From contig MFJV01000001.1 in NCBI GenBank assembly GCA_001780985.1, positions 913,609 to 977,608 on the forward strand: a stretch of 64,000 nucleotides of DNA, given 5' to 3'. The notes beneath the pieces are model-generated. The model did no database searches and was not told the DNA's origin. It saw only the letters and a program-made list of their open reading frames with translations. Positions 30,292 through 39,785 of the stretch are shown one piece after another. The translations under genes and the position numbers were made by a program. Within the stretch, counting starts at the first letter, position 1. Each line of letters opens with the position of its first letter. This DNA comes from Candidatus Gottesmanbacteria bacterium RIFCSPLOWO2_01_FULL_43_11b (lineage in GTDB: Bacteria > Patescibacteriota > Microgenomatia > UBA10105 > UBA927).

Positions 30292-30696
30292 ATGAAAAAA
30301 TATAAAATTAATGCTTCTGATTTTGCCAAACGACTAGGTGCGTACTCTCACGGGTATAAAGTTGAGGTAGGAGATGCAGAAATAATATTTACCACTGGGC
30401 AAATTGCTCTTGATAAGAAGGGAGAAGTTCTCTATCCAGACGATCCTGTCAAACAAACAGAATTTATTTTTGAATCACTCCAAAAAATTCTTCATCAATC
30501 GGGTGCAAGCCTCGATGATGTAGTAAAAACTACAATATTTTTAACTAATATTCGTGATTTCCCGAAAATATCACCGGTTAGGAATAAATATTTCAAAAAT
30601 TCTGAGCCTGTCTCTACGTTAGTTGAGGTGAATAAATTGGTAAAAGAAGGGTGTAAAGTAGAAATTGAAGTGATTGCTATAAAACAAAAAGAGTAA
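30292..30696 (+). CDS. RidA/YjgF family enamine deaminase
   Basis: GAYSHG, GQIA, DVVKTTIFL, VEIEVIA; AAGGAG SD. Confidence 0.88.
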   Translation: MKKYKINASDFAKRLGAYSHGYKVEVGDAEIIFTTGQIALDKKGEVLYPDDPVKQTEFIFESLQKILHQSGASLDDVVKTTIFLTNIRDFPKISPVRNKYFKNSEPVSTLVEVNKLVKEGCKVEIEVIAIKQKE

Positions 30697-30699
30697 CCT

Positions 30700-32040
30700 A
30701 TGGATACGTTTGTTATTAAAGGAGGAAAACCATTGCATGGAGAAGTGAGTGTTGGTGGGGCGAAAAATGTAGCGCTCAAGATTCTCATTGCCTCGCTTTT
30801 GACCGATGCAGAAATTGTTATTAAAAATGTTCCCCATTTATCTGATGTTACGGCGCTTATCGATGTGCTTAGCGAGCTCGGGGTTCGGGGGACATTTGAG
30901 GGGCACGCGGTAAAAATAAAAAACGGCAACGTAACGGGGGAACCGACTGTTTCCCTTGATGCAGGAGCGAGGCTCCGAACCTCATCGATGGTTTTGGGGC
31001 CACTCCTTGCTCGTTACGGGAAAGCAACGGTTCCTGACCCAGGCGGCTGTCGCATCGGAGCCCGCCCAATTGACCGACATATCGAGGGACTACGGGCAAT
31101 GGGTGCTGACATTTCCTATAATTCAGAAGACGGATTTTTCCATGCGACCGCAAAAAAACTTCATGGCGCAACAATAACATTTCCTAAAAATACCCACACG
31201 GGCACTGAAACAATTATTCTTGCGGCAGTTTTAGCTCAAGGACAAACGACAATTGAAAACGCAGCAGAGGAAGTTGAAATTGATGATCTGATCCTCTGTC
31301 TCAATCAAATGGGTGCAAAAATTACAAGAACAAAGCCGCGCACAATTGTTATTGACGGTGTTAAATCACTCCATGGTGTTCACTATACGATTATGCCTGA
31401 CCGCAATGAGGAAGTGACATTTGCAATTGCAGCTGCTGTAACTTCCGGAAACGTCATTGTGCAAAATTCGCAGTTAAATAACCTTTCTGCATTTTTAGAC
31501 GCGTTTACAAAAGCGGGTGGTACGTACAAAAAACTTGATGGTCAAAGGACCCAATATACTCGTGGTGATTTTTTGAAGCAGACAGATATTATAACCAATC
31601 CCTATCCGGGTTTTATGACTGATTGGCAGGCGCCGTGGGCAGTTCTCATGACTCAGGCAAAAGGGACGTCAACAATACATGAAACGGTCTTTGAAAGCAG
31701 ATTTAAGTATGTCGACGAACTTCGAAAAATGGGAGCAACCATTGACTTTTTTAATCCTAAAATTGAAAACCCTCAAATATTTTACAACTTTAACTGGGGA
31801 GATAGGGCACCGGAATCGCACCAGGCAATTCGGATTACCGGTCCGACGAAACTTCACAATGCGGTCATGGTAGCTGACGACATTCGGGCCGGTGCAACGC
31901 TCGTTTTAGCAGCATTAATTGCCTCCGGGGTAAGTTACATCCACGGAGTCGAGCGTATTGACCGGGGATATGAGAAAATAGAAGAGCGCTTAAGGAAACT
32001 AGGGGCAAAAATTAAGCGGACGGAGAGAATCGTACCATGA
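30700..32040 (+). CDS. murA: UDP-GlcNAc 1-carboxyvinyltransferase
   Basis: GAKN, PGGCRIGARP (catalytic Cys present), DIRAG, IDRGYE. Confidence 0.95.
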   Translation: MDTFVIKGGKPLHGEVSVGGAKNVALKILIASLLTDAEIVIKNVPHLSDVTALIDVLSELGVRGTFEGHAVKIKNGNVTGEPTVSLDAGARLRTSSMVLGPLLARYGKATVPDPGGCRIGARPIDRHIEGLRAMGADISYNSEDGFFHATAKKLHGATITFPKNTHTGTETIILAAVLAQGQTTIENAAEEVEIDDLILCLNQMGAKITRTKPRTIVIDGVKSLHGVHYTIMPDRNEEVTFAIAAAVTSGNVIVQNSQLNNLSAFLDAFTKAGGTYKKLDGQRTQYTRGDFLKQTDIITNPYPGFMTDWQAPWAVLMTQAKGTSTIHETVFESRFKYVDELRKMGATIDFFNPKIENPQIFYNFNWGDRAPESHQAIRITGPTKLHNAVMVADDIRAGATLVLAALIASGVSYIHGVERIDRGYEKIEERLRKLGAKIKRTERIVP

Positions 32041-33329
32041 AAAATCTCACAGCACTCATTCTTGCAGCCGGGGCTGGAAAACGCTTTTGGCCATTCTCAC
32101 AGAAAGTCCTTTTCCCTTTCATGGGGAAAACATTTTTTGAACATGCGATTGTTAGCATATTACCAAAGGAAGTTGAGCGTGTTGTAATTGTCGGAAGTAG
32201 TGAAAATGAAAAAGCACTGCGATCAATTAAATTTTCAGTGCCTTCTACAATTGTCGTACAAAAAACACCATCCGGTATGGCAAATGCCATTGTAACTGCA
32301 GAAGATGAAATAAAGGATTCATCGCTCCTGGTTATTAACGCCGATGACATTGAGAATCCAAATGTATACGAAGAAATTATTAAAAAGGCACAATTATCCC
32401 AAGCGTTCGGTATAGTTCCAGCAATTCATACAGATTCATATGAAGAAGCAGGATACCTTGTTTTAGACGGCACAAAGATTAAAAAAATAGAGGAAAAGCC
32501 AGGGGCAGGAAACGAACCAAGCAAGTTAATATTCATGGTGAGTTATTTTGTTCGTGACGCCAATACTCTCATAAATAGCTTAAAACAAACACAAAGTGAT
32601 AAAGATGATGTGCATGAACGCGCACTTACATCTTTGATGCAGTCACATAATTTTGAATTGTATGAACATGAAGGTGCATTTGTTTCTCTCAAATATCCAT
32701 GGCATGTGCTCTCTGCGATGGAGATACTATTGAAAAAAATAGAAAGCTTCAGGGGAAATAATGTTACTACACACAAAAACGTAACAATAGAAGGAGATGT
32801 TTATATAGGTGACAATGTAAAAATATTTGAGGGGACGAAGATAATTGGACCCTGTTATATCGGCCCAAATACAATTATTGGGAATAATAATCTTATTAGA
32901 GAAAGTCATATTGGAAGTAACTGTGTAACAGGATTTAACACCGATATTACGAGAAGCTACGTCGGAGATAGGTGCTGGTTCCACAGCAATTACATAGGTG
33001 ACAGCATCCTTGAATCAGACATTACACTCGGCGCAGGGACAATTCTGGCAAATTTACGTCTTGATGAGGGCGAAATTTTAACTTCCGGTCGTACCAAACT
33101 CGGAGCAATAATTGGAACAGATACACATATCGGGGTTAACACAAGTATCATGCCCGGAATAAAAATCGGCTCTCATTGTTTTATCGGTGCGCAAGTTAGC
33201 ATTGATCGCGACATACAAGATGACAGTTTTTGTATAGGAAAAACAGAACTTATTATTAAAAAGAACACACGAACGATTGCAAAACAATCACGGGAAAGTT
33301 TTCGAGAGAAAATGAAAAAATATGTATGA
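32037..33329 (+). CDS. Bifunctional sugar-1-phosphate nucleotidyltransferase/acetyltransferase (GlmU-like, archaeal type)
   Basis: LAAGAGKRF.P, EKP, YPW, hexapeptide repeats, H.NYIGDS, ANLRLD. Confidence 0.8.
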   Translation: MKNLTALILAAGAGKRFWPFSQKVLFPFMGKTFFEHAIVSILPKEVERVVIVGSSENEKALRSIKFSVPSTIVVQKTPSGMANAIVTAEDEIKDSSLLVINADDIENPNVYEEIIKKAQLSQAFGIVPAIHTDSYEEAGYLVLDGTKIKKIEEKPGAGNEPSKLIFMVSYFVRDANTLINSLKQTQSDKDDVHERALTSLMQSHNFELYEHEGAFVSLKYPWHVLSAMEILLKKIESFRGNNVTTHKNVTIEGDVYIGDNVKIFEGTKIIGPCYIGPNTIIGNNNLIRESHIGSNCVTGFNTDITRSYVGDRCWFHSNYIGDSILESDITLGAGTILANLRLDEGEILTSGRTKLGAIIGTDTHIGVNTSIMPGIKIGSHCFIGAQVSIDRDIQDDSFCIGKTELIIKKNTRTIAKQSRESFREKMKKYV

Positions 33330-34060
33330 AGTTTCCATTCTTCAAACAAACAATCGTCATACTTCATGGTTGGAACCTTTCCGGTGAACGATTTCTTCCC
33401 TTAACTAATGAATTCAAAAAATTGAGATACAAAGTTTTTGCTCCGGATCTGCCGGGGTTTGGAGAGGAAAAGGCACCGGAAACCCCATGGCACATTAAGG
33501 ATTATGCAGATTTTCTGCAAGGGTATTTTCGAAAAAAACACATAAAAAACCCAATTCTTGTCGGTCATTCATTCGGCGGGAGGGTAAGCCTCAAATACCA
33601 ACAGTTGTACCCAAAAAATGTTCGAGCAATAATTTTATCCGGAACACCAGGATTTTCACCTGTTCCCAAGAAAAAAATGTTCATTTTTTTCATCCTTTCG
33701 AAAATCGGAAAAATAATTTTTTCCATTCCGCCTTTAACACTCTTTTCCGATGTAGCACGCCGCTATCTCTATTATGTTGCCGGAACGAGAGAATTTTTCC
33801 ATGCGGAGGGGAGTATGCGGCAGACATTCAAACATATAGTTGCTGATGATTTAGTTGTTTCCATGGAATCAATGCAGGTGCCGTGTTTACTCTTGTGGGG
33901 GGAATACGATGTCATCGTGCCTGTGTCAATTGCCAAGAGAATGCAGGAAGTGATTCCAAACGCTACGCTCAAAGTAATTCCAGAAGCAGATCATGGTGTC
34001 CCTTTTAAACAGTCGGATATCTTTGCCTCCTACGTCGAAGGATTTCTAAAAACCTTATGA
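33326..34060 (+). CDS. Alpha/beta hydrolase
   Basis: LHGW, DLPGFG, GHSFGG, C-terminal D and H. Confidence 0.88.
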   Translation: MKFPFFKQTIVILHGWNLSGERFLPLTNEFKKLRYKVFAPDLPGFGEEKAPETPWHIKDYADFLQGYFRKKHIKNPILVGHSFGGRVSLKYQQLYPKNVRAIILSGTPGFSPVPKKKMFIFFILSKIGKIIFSIPPLTLFSDVARRYLYYVAGTREFFHAEGSMRQTFKHIVADDLVVSMESMQVPCLLLWGEYDVIVPVSIAKRMQEVIPNATLKVIPEADHGVPFKQSDIFASYVEGFLKTL

Positions 34061-35451
34061 ATGTTGTAACAATCCTCCTAGCAATTGCATGGTTTATCCG
34101 AATTTTTGGCAATCTTGTAAGTTTTATTGCACTTTGGTGGATAAAAGAATATCGCATTGATAGGATGATGATTCAGTTTCGGACGAGTGGTTTGAAATTA
34201 CTGTTTTTCCCGCCATATCGGTTGCCTCCATTAAGCCCAAAGACCATGACAATATTTTTATTAGCTTCAGTAAGTATTGTTTCTTTTCTTTTATTTTCGA
34301 AAATTACACTGATAATTGAATTACTTATCGTTGATCTGTTACTTTTTTCATTAACACTGATTTTTGTTGAGTTACTATCTTTACCTACAAAAATTTATCA
34401 TCGTATTCTTATTTCATTGGCAATATCAAAACTTCGAGCCCACAAAGGACTTTACGTTATTGGTATTACAGGAAGTTACGGAAAAACTTCGGTCAAGGAC
34501 TATTTAACAACCATACTTAGTTCAAAATTCCGTGTACTCAAAACTGAAGCGAGTAAAAATTCTCCGATCGGTATTGCAGAGGTCGTATTATCTAAACTTC
34601 ATGCTGATCATGAAATTTTTGTTGTTGAAATGGGAGCGTATAAACGCGGAGAAATAAGAGAAATGACAAATATGGTGAGGCCGCAAATCGGAATAATTAC
34701 AGCAATAAATCCACAGCACCAGGATCTATTCGGAACAATAGAAAACACAATGGCCGCAAAATATGAACTCATAGTAGGATTAACAGGAAAAAAAATGGGA
34801 ATATTTAATGGAGACGACCCGAGAGTACGACAGATGAGTCAATGGGCCAAACGTGATGGGAAACAGGTGCGGATGTGGTCAATTGAAAACGCACAAGACG
34901 TTCGTGCTGATTTGGATGGGGTGCAATTTACATTGAATACATCAGTTCATGTTAAGTCTCCAGTATTAGGAGAGCACCAGGTGAGTAATATTCTCGCGGC
35001 CATTGTTGCGGCTCATGCGTGTGGCATGAATATTTCTGAGGCAGCCAAAGCAGCAACTGAGATAAAACCAGCAAAAGGAGTCATGCAAAAAATCAAAGGA
35101 GTCAATGGATCCCTTTTTATCGATGACACATTTAACAATAATCCCGACGGAGCAAAAGCAGCAATTGCTTTTCTGGAAAAAATGAAAGGAAGAAAAATTC
35201 TCGTATTTCAACCGATGATTGAACTTGGATCATATGCATTAATTTCGCATCGTGAAGTGGGAAAATTCGCAGAGCGAGTATGTGATGAGATTATTTTGAC
35301 AAATAATAGCTATGAGAAGAAACTTCACGGAAAAGTTATGAATACAAAAGATGCGACGGATTATCTGCAAAAAAATATCAAAAAAGGAGACACGGTGTTA
35401 TTTAAAGGAAAAGAAGCAGGTAAAATATTAAAGCTATGTTTAGAAAAATAA
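34057..35451 (+). CDS. murF: UDP-MurNAc-pentapeptide synthetase MurF with N-terminal TM segments
   Basis: GITGSYGKTS.K, EMGAY..GEI, DDTFNNNP, MIELG. Confidence 0.85.
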   Translation: MNVVTILLAIAWFIRIFGNLVSFIALWWIKEYRIDRMMIQFRTSGLKLLFFPPYRLPPLSPKTMTIFLLASVSIVSFLLFSKITLIIELLIVDLLLFSLTLIFVELLSLPTKIYHRILISLAISKLRAHKGLYVIGITGSYGKTSVKDYLTTILSSKFRVLKTEASKNSPIGIAEVVLSKLHADHEIFVVEMGAYKRGEIREMTNMVRPQIGIITAINPQHQDLFGTIENTMAAKYELIVGLTGKKMGIFNGDDPRVRQMSQWAKRDGKQVRMWSIENAQDVRADLDGVQFTLNTSVHVKSPVLGEHQVSNILAAIVAAHACGMNISEAAKAATEIKPAKGVMQKIKGVNGSLFIDDTFNNNPDGAKAAIAFLEKMKGRKILVFQPMIELGSYALISHREVGKFAERVCDEIILTNNSYEKKLHGKVMNTKDATDYLQKNIKKGDTVLFKGKEAGKILKLCLEK

Positions 35452-36560
35452 TATCATGCGCGTTGTCGCCTAATACTGAAATTGATGATGTTTTCCTTGC
35501 GCTACAAACAATCTGCACACCATGGAAATGGAAATATGGCAAAGCGATAGACAAAGTGGAGAAAAAACTGGGCGCTATTACATTTAATAGCGGCAGATCT
35601 GCATTCCTCGCTCTCCTTGAGGCATTTGATATAGGAGAGGGTGATGAAGTAATTGTTCAGGCATTCACCTGCGTTGCCGTACCCAATAGTGTTCTTTGGG
35701 CTGGAGCAAAACCGGTTTTTGCAGATATAGATGAGACGTATAATATTGATCCTAAAGACATCGAGAAAAAAATCACAAAAAAAACGAAAGCAATAGTTGT
35801 GCAACATACTTTTGGAATTCCTGCCGACATGAATGCTATTCTTGCTCTCTCAAAAAAACATAACGTTTTTGTCATAGAAGATTTTGCTCACACGATGTCT
35901 ATACCTATGAGGGGTGATGCGGCATTTTTCAGCTTTGGCAGGGACAAGGTACTTTCGAGCGTGTGGGGTGGGGCAGCCTCAATAAGTTCAAAGTTAAAAG
36001 TTCAAAGTGAAAAGTTAAAAGAATTTCAATCCAATCTTCTGGTGCCGGGAAATTTTTGGATATTTCAACAACTTTTGCACCCAATCGCCTTCTCTATCAT
36101 CCTTACATTGTACGACGTCATCATAGGAAAACTATTTCTTGTCTTGCTTCAAAAACTGAGATTGCTATCGTTTCCGGTCTATAAAGAGGAAAAATCCGGC
36201 GGTCAGCCAAGTGATTTTCCGGCCAAATATCCAAATGCGTTGGCGTGTTTACTATTAAATCAACTCAAGAAACTTGATCGGTATACAGAAAAAAGAGAAC
36301 AAGCCGTGCGTTTCTATGGTGGAAAACTACCGTTATTGCGATACCCAATGCGTGTTAATGAACCTGAAAAAATAATTCAAAGGGCAAAAGAACACGGTGT
36401 TCTTCTTGGGAATTGGTACCACAATGTCATTGATCCCCAAGGGGTAACGTACCGGGCAGCCAATTGTCCGAAGGCAGAAGAGGCGGCAGCTCACATTATA
36501 AATCTGCCAACACTTATTTCTATTGCTGAGGCGAAGCGGGTATGGAAACACTTATCGTAG
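35436..36560 (+). CDS. DegT/DnrJ/EryC1/StrS family PLP-dependent aminotransferase
   Basis: FNSGRSA, FTC.AV, QHTFG, IEDFAH, FSFGRDK (PLP Lys), NLPT. Confidence 0.88.
   Translation: MFRKIISCALSPNTEIDDVFLALQTICTPWKWKYGKAIDKVEKKLGAITFNSGRSAFLALLEAFDIGEGDEVIVQAFTCVAVPNSVLWAGAKPVFADIDETYNIDPKDIEKKITKKTKAIVVQHTFGIPADMNAILALSKKHNVFVIEDFAHTMSIPMRGDAAFFSFGRDKVLSSVWGGAASISSKLKVQSEKLKEFQSNLLVPGNFWIFQQLLHPIAFSIILTLYDVIIGKLFLVLLQKLRLLSFPVYKEEKSGGQPSDFPAKYPNALACLLLNQLKKLDRYTEKREQAVRFYGGKLPLLRYPMRVNEPEKIIQRAKEHGVLLGNWYHNVIDPQGVTYRAANCPKAEEAAAHIINLPTLISIAEAKRVWKHLS
35984..36021 (+). repeat. Five imperfect 7-nt tandem repeats (AAGTTCA/AAGTTAA) inside the aminotransferase
   Basis: aagttca aagttaa aagttca aagtgaa aagttaa aag, encoding SSKLKVQSEKLK. 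Confidence 0.7.
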
Positions 36561-37093
36561 GGGCTATGGCGACCAATTGTTACATCGTCGATGGGATTAT
36601 TATAGATCCGGGAGATGATGCAGAATATATAATGGCGCACGTTAAAAATCCTAAAATGATTATTGCAACCCACGGTCATTTTGACCATATTATGGCAGCG
36701 TATGCCCTCCAGCTTGCCTACAATATTCCCTTTTATATTCACCAGGATGATATATTTCTCCTAAAAACTATGCGCTCTTCTGCGCAACATTTTTTAGGAT
36801 TAAAAGATGTCGATCCACCCCCTACACCCTCACTCATTCGTGATATAGAATTTATTCATACCCCAGGACATACTCCGGGAAGTATGTGTTTAAAGTTTGG
36901 AGATGCGTTATTCGTCGGCGATACAATATTTGCCGACGGCAGTGTCGGTCGCACCGATTTTTCATATTCAGATCCTGAAAAACTCGAACTTTCGTTAAAA
37001 ACTATTTTGTCTTATCCAAAAAACACAAAACTATACCCAGGTCACGGCGAAGAGACAACGGTTGAAGCTGAAACTACATACCATCGTGTATAA
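36542..37093 (+). CDS. Metallo-beta-lactamase-fold hydrolase (glyoxalase II-like)
   Basis: THGHFDH, TPGHTPG, GD, PGHG. Confidence 0.9.
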   Translation: METLIVGAMATNCYIVDGIIIDPGDDAEYIMAHVKNPKMIIATHGHFDHIMAAYALQLAYNIPFYIHQDDIFLLKTMRSSAQHFLGLKDVDPPPTPSLIRDIEFIHTPGHTPGSMCLKFGDALFVGDTIFADGSVGRTDFSYSDPEKLELSLKTILSYPKNTKLYPGHGEETTVEAETTYHRV

Positions 37094-37104
37094 TACCTAT
37101 ATAT

Positions 37105-37443
37105 ATGTTTGTGATAATCGCAAACTGGTTTATTAGTGCAATAGCCCTCTATATCGTTTCAAGACTTATTTCCGGCATTACACTTTCTGATTTTGGAAGT
37201 GCATTGGTTGCTGTTGTTATCATCGGTCTTGTCAATGCACTGATAAAACCATTATTTCTTCTCTTGACTCTCCCAATTAATATTTTGAGTCTTGGGCTTT
37301 TTACATTCGTCATTAACGCCGCAATGCTCATGCTTGCAGGAAATCTCACACCCGGCTTTCAAGTGAACGGATTCGGCACTGCACTTGTTGGCTCAATACT
37401 TCTCTCTGTTATCACAATGCTTCTCCATTCTTTGGTGAAATAG
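37105..37443 (+). CDS. YvlD-like 4-TM membrane protein (phage holin superfamily IV)
   Basis: GLVNALIKP...LTLP...LGLF.FVINA. Confidence 0.85.
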   Translation: MFVIIANWFISAIALYIVSRLISGITLSDFGSALVAVVIIGLVNALIKPLFLLLTLPINILSLGLFTFVINAAMLMLAGNLTPGFQVNGFGTALVGSILLSVITMLLHSLVK

Positions 37444-37444
37444 T

Positions 37445-38365
37445 ATGACACCTCAAATATGGGAACAATTCCTCATAAAATATAGCCCCAGCGCTCTTTT
37501 TCAATCGTGGAAGTGGGGAGAAGTTGAGAAAAAACTGGGAAACAAAATTTGGAGATTAGAGTGGGAGGACGATGCAATTGCACTGGTTGTTAAAGTAACC
37601 GCGCGGCGCGGAACGTTTTTACATATACGCCACGGACCAGTGGTTTCTGATAAGAGATATTTCAAAAAAATTCTTTCAGACTTAATAGAACTTGCAAAGA
37701 AGGAACACGCATGGTTTGTGCGAATTAGCCCTCAAGTACAGTCACTTCCTGATTTGGGATTAGTATCTGCTCCGATTCATGCCATGGACGCGGAACTTTG
37801 CTGGGTTTTGGATTTGGACAAAAGCGAAGAGGATCTTCTTAGTAACATGCGTAAAACCACTCGCTATGAAATTAAACATGCTCAAGAAGTAACTGTTGAA
37901 AAAACCAAGAAATTAGAACGGTTTTTTCATCTCTACGATGCGACGAGTACGCGGCATAAATTTGTACAGCATACGGGGATTCGTGAAGAATTTGAAACAC
38001 TTGATGCAGAACTTTTTGTAGCATCACATCAAGGGACTGATTTAGCAGCAGCTATCATCGTTTATTATGGTGATCAGGCAATCTACCGCCACGGCGCCTC
38101 TCTTCCATCAAAAGTTCCTGCTTCATATACAACCCAATGGGAGGCAATCCGTGAAGCTAAATATAGAGGTAAAAAATTGTACAATTTTTGGGGTATAGCG
38201 CCTGAGGATAAACTAAATCATCCATGGAGAGGAATAACACTGTTCAAAAAGGGCTTTGGAGGGAGGGAAATTAAGTATATCCACGCTCAAGACTTGCCTA
38301 TTTCACCACTCTATACGATTACACGATCGGTTGAGACAATGAGGAGGATTGTCAAAGGGTATTAA
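37445..38365 (+). CDS. FemABX family lipid II aminoacyltransferase
   Basis: FQSW.WG, HGP, LDL..SEE.L..MRK.TRY, YNFWG, FK.GFGG. Confidence 0.88.
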   Translation: MTPQIWEQFLIKYSPSALFQSWKWGEVEKKLGNKIWRLEWEDDAIALVVKVTARRGTFLHIRHGPVVSDKRYFKKILSDLIELAKKEHAWFVRISPQVQSLPDLGLVSAPIHAMDAELCWVLDLDKSEEDLLSNMRKTTRYEIKHAQEVTVEKTKKLERFFHLYDATSTRHKFVQHTGIREEFETLDAELFVASHQGTDLAAAIIVYYGDQAIYRHGASLPSKVPASYTTQWEAIREAKYRGKKLYNFWGIAPEDKLNHPWRGITLFKKGFGGREIKYIHAQDLPISPLYTITRSVETMRRIVKGY

Positions 38366-38385
38366 GAATGTAGTACAATCGTTTT

Positions 38386-38754
38386 ATGCGGGAGATACTG
38401 CGTAAACATCACATATCCTTCAAAAACGCATTTGCCGGGATCTTTTGGAGTCTGCGGACACAACCAAATTTCCGTGTGCATATTTTCCTCTCTACCCTTG
38501 CCTTGATTCTCGCCTGGTATTTACGTATTTCTCGATTAGAAACACTCGTAATTATTTTTACGATAATTCTTGGTTTAACCGCTGAGATGATTAATACCTC
38601 ACTTGAATCCATGACTGATTTAATTACCAAAGAATGGAAATCTGAAGCCAAGGTTGCTAAAGACGTCTCAGCAGGTATGATGCTCACAGTAGCAATAGGA
38701 GCCGTGATTATTGCGGCGTTTATTTATGTACCCTACTTATGGAAATTCTTTTAG
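38386..38754 (+). CDS. dgkA: Diacylglycerol/undecaprenol kinase
   Basis: SF..AF.GI, NF..H, EMINTS.E, AKDV.AG. Confidence 0.88.
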   Translation: MREILRKHHISFKNAFAGIFWSLRTQPNFRVHIFLSTLALILAWYLRISRLETLVIIFTIILGLTAEMINTSLESMTDLITKEWKSEAKVAKDVSAGMMLTVAIGAVIIAAFIYVPYLWKFF

Positions 38755-39785
38755 GTCTGCTTTTGTTTTCGTGGCTGATATCCAGCATTCTCTATATTCC
38801 TTTCATTAAGCTTCTCTATAAATGGAGGTTTCAACGTCTCCGCCAGACAACGCGTGACGCATTTAATAAACGAACTCCCATTTTTGACCGCTTCCATGCA
38901 AAAAAAGCAGGAACACCGGTCGGTGGAGGACTCCTTATAATTCTCGTGGCAACCGTGCTTTTTCCTCTCGTACTTATTTTGATGCGCTATTTCTGGATTC
39001 CTATTTCATCAGTCTACCCGCTTTCAAGCGAGATTAAAATATTACTCTTTACGTTCGTTTCATTCGGCGTACTGGGACTTCTCGATGATATTAAAAAGAC
39101 GTTTCTTTGGGTAAAGCCGAAGTTTTTTGGGCTACGTCTTCGGCATAAATTATTTCTTGAAATAGTTCTTGCCGCAATTGTTTCGTTTTGGATGATGTTC
39201 GAGCTTAAAATTAGTATCTTCTATATTCCCGGATTTGGTGTCATTGAGCTCGGGTGGTGGTATATACCATTTGCCGTATTTGTCATTATTGCATTTGCCA
39301 ATGCATTCAATATTACCGATGGTTTAGATGGGCTCGCTTCCGGGGTACTCATGGTTGCCCTCATGGCGTTTTGGTTTTTATCAGCCTCAATTCTCGATAC
39401 ACCGCTTTCCGTTTTTATCGCATTGTGGCTCGGCGCCCTTCTTTCTTTCCTCTACTTCAATATCCACCCTGCAAGGATTTTTTTAGGTGATGTGGGCGCT
39501 TTATCCTTTGGGGCAACGTTTGCCGTTGTTGGGCTTATTTTAGGGAAAGCGCCGGCACTTGTTGTCATCGGAGCTATTTTTGTCGTTGAGGCTGCCTCTT
39601 CCCTCCTTCAGCTTACGTCAAGATCAGTGTTAAATAAAAAAATATTTGCCGTTGCGCCGTTTCACCTCTGGCTCCAATTGAAGGGATGGGAAGAATCAAA
39701 AATAGTCATGCGCTTCTGGATTATTGCAATTGTGTTGGCAATTTTTGGTTTATGGCTAGCATTACTCATAAAACCCACCGTCTAA
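38739..39785 (+). CDS. mraY: Phospho-MurNAc-pentapeptide transferase
   Basis: KAGTP.GGG, DD, NA.N.TDGLDGL, IFLGD.G, APFH. Confidence 0.95.
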   Translation: MEILLGLLLFSWLISSILYIPFIKLLYKWRFQRLRQTTRDAFNKRTPIFDRFHAKKAGTPVGGGLLIILVATVLFPLVLILMRYFWIPISSVYPLSSEIKILLFTFVSFGVLGLLDDIKKTFLWVKPKFFGLRLRHKLFLEIVLAAIVSFWMMFELKISIFYIPGFGVIELGWWYIPFAVFVIIAFANAFNITDGLDGLASGVLMVALMAFWFLSASILDTPLSVFIALWLGALLSFLYFNIHPARIFLGDVGALSFGATFAVVGLILGKAPALVVIGAIFVVEAASSLLQLTSRSVLNKKIFAVAPFHLWLQLKGWEESKIVMRFWIIAIVLAIFGLWLALLIKPTV

